Below, in pieces: positions 61,072 through 64,000 of a stretch of 64,000 nucleotides of DNA; position 1 is the stretch's first letter, and the number at the start of each line of letters is the position of its first letter. The stretch spans positions 45,576,540 through 45,640,539 of the forward strand of contig JASCQW010000105.1 in NCBI GenBank assembly GCA_030264375.1, given 5' to 3'. Made by a program: the position numbers and the translations under genes. The notes beneath the pieces were generated by a model, which saw only the letters and a program-made list of their open reading frames with translations, ran no database searches and was not told where the DNA came from. The DNA comes from Carcharhinus longimanus (taxonomy: Eukaryota).

Positions 61072-62500
61072 ATGGCTGCCAAACCCAGGAAGCATTCGGC
61101 ACCCAAGTTTAGCAATACCTCCCTCGGGCATATGCTAGATGCAATGGAGGTTCACTGTGATGTACTTTACCCAAGCTAATGGTGAAAAGCTGCAAGCAAG
61201 GGCACTAATTCAGCATGGGAGGAGGCGGTATCGGTGATTGGCAATAGTGCCCTGCAGAAGAAGAATGCTATCCAGTGCTGCAAGTGGATGAATGGTCTCC
61301 TTTGTTCCGTCAGGGTAAGTCATTCTTCTCTCTTCTCAACACTTACAACTCTCACATTCACCGACCCCTCCCATATCTACAGAGATCTGACTCAATGCGG
61401 CACACGGGACTCCCACTCTTACTGTCATCTCCCCTGCCGGTCATGTCCTCATCGTCTCAATGGTCCCACCTACCATCCACACATGCCAAATATCTTCATC
61501 CTCTGCTCTGATATGCATCCTGCTTACATTCTCTCCATCTGNNNNNNNNNNNNNNNNNNNNNNNNNNNNNNNNNNNNNNNNNNNNNNNNNNNNNNNNNNN
61601 NNNNNNNNNNNNNNNNNNNNNNNNNNNNNNNNNNNNNNNNNTGATATGCATCCTGCTTACATTCACTCCATCTGTCTTCACACAGGCCAAGCTGGCTCAT
61701 AATATGAGGGAGACATCCTCGACTGTGCAGAGATGTCAGAACTCAAGGTCCTCATAGACTGAGGAGAGATCCATTCATTGGCTTCTGAGGATGTGGACCA
61801 TTCCTGTGCTGATGGTGAGGCGGTCCTTGCTGAACCAAGTGAGAATCCAGCAATGCAAAATCCATCAGACAATGATGCCTTGTTTCTCAGGCCTCTGCCA
61901 TGCACTCATGATTCCTCCATTTTTTTCACAGGCACACCTGAGAAGCACCCAAGGGATCCACAAGCCTCAGCTCCAAACCAACTGAAGAAAAAAGCAGGAT
62001 TTATGGGAACTAAAGTAGAAATACAGCACTCACCCATATGTTCCACTAACAAAGAGACACACACCTTGGTGAGACCTAATTCTAGAGTATCCTTGAGGTC
62101 ACAATCTAGTGAACACATCACACAATCTGATCCTCAACATGTGGAGGCAGGGATAATCCAGGCTGCCAGCAATCAGAGGATTGCTGGAGGCTATGTATCT
62201 GCTGAGTCCTGGTCAGAAGAGGAACTTCTGAATTAGGTCATGCCTCAGTTGCTGAAGTGCAAAGATAAGCTCGGGAAAATCAGGCAGAGATGTCCGCTGC
62301 ACTCATCAGATTGCAAGGTATGATGGAGGAGTCCATCCCCCTTTCGACCAAGATGATAGTGCTGACACACCAAACACCAAGTAAACACTGGTAGAGTGGC
62401 AACTGCCGTGGAGAACTTGGTCCAGGACATCTGTCCTGCATTGCCATAGGAGCTGCACTCAGTGGCTGTGGCACTTGCTGGCATCTATCAGTGTCAACAC
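61072..62500 (+). pseudogene. Harbinger Myb/SANT-like DNA-binding gene (3 exons: 61072-61314, 61686-61838, 61932-~62500), inactivated
   Basis: Exon 1 reads MAAKPRKHSAPKFSNTSLGHMLDAMEVHCDVLYPS*W*...AWEEAVSVIGNSALQKKNAIQCCKWMNGL (NAIF1/MSANTD-like trihelix pattern). GTAAGT donor at 61315, exon 2 KLAHNMRE, canonical AG acceptors. Confidence 0.8.
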
Positions 62501-64000
62501 CAGAGGGAGAGGTGGGGGATGGGAGGGGAGGGGTGTCATCCAGCTGTCTCTCCTTCTTGAGGCAGCCTGGCATGTTGCATAGAACATTCCGTCTGTGTTG
62601 CCTCCACCCCATGCTTCTCTTCCCTTTCCACAGCCCCTCCAAGAGGCCCAGCAGCAGAAGGCATTCTCGAAAATACCGCTGTTCAGACTTGTTTGTAGAT
62701 CTTCTGCTCCCCCAAATCAAACTCTGTCCCCCCACCCACCAAATCAAATACTGTCCGTCTGACTTGTCCCCTGTTCTTTTCCTGCATCCCACCATCCCCC
62801 ACCCCTCCAAAAGATGCAGAGCTGCTCCCCTGGGCATCCTGCTTGCACGGTGAATACCTGTTGAAACTAGTCATATTCACTACTGACAGAGGGAGGGGAT
62901 GATTGTGTTCTGCATCCATGTCAATGTGAAATGCGACTAAGGGCTTCTTGAAATATTTTCCACTCTTGCTCCCAAACCTGCTTGACTTGAACAAGAGCAG
63001 GATAGTGGAAATAGGTTTTTCCTCTGTTTTATCACTGATACGTTAACAGTACTGTACTGAGTAGACTAATGGGGGCTAAAAGTTAAACAGAAATGGTTGC
63101 ACCACATCTTTCCCCATTTTTCCCTCTTCATTTTTGTTCATTCTGGCATCAACACCCAAATAGAGGCAGCATACTTAAATAAGAGGATAATGATATTGTG
63201 ACAACCTACAATGTCCTTCCATCAATGCTGTCTTAGTCATGCTTGATATTATGATGTATGTCTATCACTGTCATTCAGCAAAGTAGTGTATGTTAAAGAA
63301 AATTCCACATAACAAAGACATGTAGGGTTATGGACTGCTAGACTCCCGTTGCTTTTTAATTGAACATTCATCACAGATAAAAACATAAATTTCTTCTTGG
63401 TAGGTGGCTTGATGTTCAAACTGCTACGAGCTATTTTGGTTTACTTCCTCTGCAGCAGTTATTTTCAAGCCTGAAGTTCAGCATCCTTCTGCTTTTAGTG
63501 AGCTGAAATGTTGCTATCCAATTTTTGTGTGAGTTTCATCAATGTCCCAAAATATACCCAATATATTAAAATGAACACAGTCTAATTCAATGGTATTTGT
63601 GCTGGTTGTGTGTTTTCCCTTTTCCATTCATTTGTATAAGAGTAAAGGAAACGGATATGTTTTAAATTTTCAGTTAACTTGAATTAGTGTTTCTTGTTAA
63701 AACCTTCTATTTCACTTTTTTAAAGTTTATACTGTATTAATTTTCAGAAGATTAAAAGGAGGGGTATTTATCTGATTCCTTAAGTTTGTCTTCAAACCAC
63801 CTCTTCATAGTTGGTGAGATGGAAATAAGAGATATACCATGTATCAGAACACCAGTCATCCAGGTCAGCTTACATAACTTCTCAAAAATTAGAGGAGCTT
63901 CGTTGCTTAAGATTATGATTTTTGGCCTTTAAAGGCATCAAGGGATATGAAAAGAAATACTAGGGGGAGGGAGGTGGTTGCTGAACCATTGGAGGTGCCA

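Noticed and set aside
61510-61664. Direct repeat TGATATGCATCCTGCTTACATTC on both sides of a gap
   Set aside because: Likely a contig-overlap artefact or a collapsed intronic minisatellite. It cannot be resolved from this sequence.

Overview
Repeat-dense vertebrate genomic DNA, almost certainly from a shark or other elasmobranch, judged by HE1-type tRNA SINEs, HER1/CR1 LINE tails and GC-rich Harbinger-type MITEs. I found no intact cellular protein-coding gene, and nearly all listed ORFs are spurious or decayed transposon frames. The window holds many CR1, L2, RTE and Rex1 LINE fragments, SINEs, a truncated Gypsy element, two decayed PIF/Harbinger elements with their non-autonomous MITEs, and a 5'-truncated processed RPL8 pseudogene. 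The most interesting signal is a set of ~190-260 bp fold-back elements from two families (2352, 21441, 29135; relic near 60600). The two copies with a visible centre carry two opposed minimal type-I hammerhead ribozyme motifs of the Penelope-like kind, and the 2352 copy shows one intact motif beside a gap. The three clear copies are flanked by exact 12-15 bp target-site duplications. Family names come from recognition by eye, not database searches, and most repeat boundaries are approximate.
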